This document shows, in pieces, positions 63,504 to 64,000 of a stretch of DNA of 64,000 nt (position 1 is its first letter; each line of letters opens with the position of its first letter). Origin of the DNA: Fidelibacterota bacterium UBA6531 (GTDB lineage Bacteria; Fidelibacterota; Marinisomatia; Marinisomatales; TCS55). The notes under the pieces were generated by a model. It was not told where the DNA came from. It was given only the letters and a program-made list of their open reading frames with translations, and did not search any database. The stretch is from assembly GCA_002436185.1 (NCBI GenBank), contig DJKX01000049.1, forward strand, positions 14,088-78,087, given 5' to 3'. The translations under genes were made by a program, and so were the position numbers.

Positions 63504-64000
63504 TTGAAAAAAATCAGAAACATATATCCTTTATTTAATAAAGATTCGTTCCATGATGCTTGTGGGACAGGATTTATTGTAACGCTTTCCGGTAAACCGG
63601 AAAGCAGGGTTCTTCCCTTAGCTATTAAAGGATTACAACGATTGGCTCATAGGGGGGCAATATCTGCTGATAAGGAGACAGGGGATGGCGCAGGTATACT
63701 TACGGATATTCCTAAACCATTTTTCCGCGAAATTCTACAGAAAGAGTTAGGAATAAAAATACCACTGCGGAAGAAGTTTTCCGTCGGAATGGCGTTTACC
63801 ACTCCCCGGGAAATTACTTGGTTGAAAAACACTGTAAAAGCACATGCAAAACCTCGCGGATTTACTGTTATTGCTTTTAGGAACGTAAAAGTGAATTCAA
63901 ATGTAATAGGACAATTTGCCCAGTCCAAGCAACCATTAATCGTGCAATTTTTCTTGTCTGAAAGTAGAAAAAGTAATCGACCCATTGAAGCTAGATTGTA
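63504..64000 (+). CDS. gltB: Glutamate synthase large subunit, N-terminal glutamine amidotransferase domain (5' partial, continues past window end)
   Basis: Not in the ORF track because no stop is reached. The frame opens after the TAA at 63489-63491, and the first start candidate is the TTG at 63504. The translation ...FHDACGTGFIVTLSGKPESRVLPLAIKGLQRLAHRGAISADKETGDGAGILTDIP...FSVGMAF aligns with the Ntn-amidotransferase N-terminus of GltB (catalytic Cys in DACG). Confidence 0.85.
   Translation, partial: MKKIRNIYPLFNKDSFHDACGTGFIVTLSGKPESRVLPLAIKGLQRLAHRGAISADKETGDGAGILTDIPKPFFREILQKELGIKIPLRKKFSVGMAFTTPREITWLKNTVKAHAKPRGFTVIAFRNVKVNSNVIGQFAQSKQPLIVQFFLSESRKSNRPIEARL

Noticed and set aside
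63647-63985. 112-aa minus-strand ORF, the only ORF the track reports in this region
   Set aside because: The plus strand encodes an unmistakable GltB amidotransferase N-terminus (DACGTGF..., LAHRGA..., GDGAGIL). That CDS is missing from the track only because it runs off the window without a stop.
1-64000. Search for CRISPR arrays, transposases, integrases, prophage genes, toxin-antitoxin pairs or known defence systems
   Set aside because: I saw no regularly spaced direct repeats and no ORF with recombinase, nuclease or defence-type motifs. The tRNA-Gln is followed by prs rather than an integrase. The window looks like core chromosome apart from the loci listed in the findings.

Overview
This is a 64-kb chromosomal segment from a moderately AT-rich diderm bacterium. 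All calls come from reading the sequence and ORF translations by eye; no database, HMM or structure search was run.

Lineage (inference only): the gene content suggests an FCB-superphylum-like organism. Supporting features are a T9SS-type C-terminal sorting domain, an ExbB-ExbD-ExbD-TonB operon, a single-subunit cytochrome b SDH, FG-GAP/He_PIG surface proteins and a membrane H+/Na+-pyrophosphatase.

Content: I support about 57 protein genes, one tRNA-Gln(UUG), several intrinsic terminators and a few short repeats or palindromes. Most of the window is housekeeping:
- Energy and transport: sdhCAB, exbB-exbD-exbD-tonB, hppA.
- Lipid and envelope: lpxB-DUF374-lpxK, fabA with a FabI-like reductase.
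- DNA repair and replication: uvrA, ruvB, priA.
- Biosynthesis and translation: queA, ispD-ispF-ispE, prs-rplY-pth, rpsF-rpsR-rplI, ychF, and the 5' end of gltB.

I found no CRISPR array, transposase, integrase or recognisable defence system.

Main finding: a tightly packed seven-gene operon at 250-7852.
- It joins a flagellar-type stator (MotA, MotB) to a three-domain FliG.
- It also encodes an atypical FliF-like ring protein that has only the RBM3 domain, followed by a ~155-aa coiled coil, a TM helix, a FliG-binding tail and a poly-Lys end.
- Three envelope proteins precede these genes: an Ig-like beta-sandwich protein, a coiled-coil/TPR protein, and a beta-barrel-like protein with TPR.
- No other flagellar, export or chemotaxis gene lies anywhere in the window.
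- I read it as a candidate self-contained PMF-driven stator-rotor envelope machine. It needs whole-genome context to confirm.

Secondary observations:
- An in-frame TAG replaces the conserved Trp of a T9SS sorting domain.
- An M1 metallopeptidase is fused to a C-terminal beta-barrel-like domain.
- Two paralogous giant FG-GAP/He_PIG proteins sit side by side.
- A Leptospira-like pair of putative lipid A modification genes lies next to lpxB/lpxK.
- An ATPase-less peptide ABC importer is coupled to a glutamate-cysteine ligase.
- An 18-bp perfect palindrome sits in front of uvrA.
- A short palindromic repeat family occurs in two intergenic regions.
- A CGAGGTAA leader motif recurs upstream of three envelope-related transcription units.
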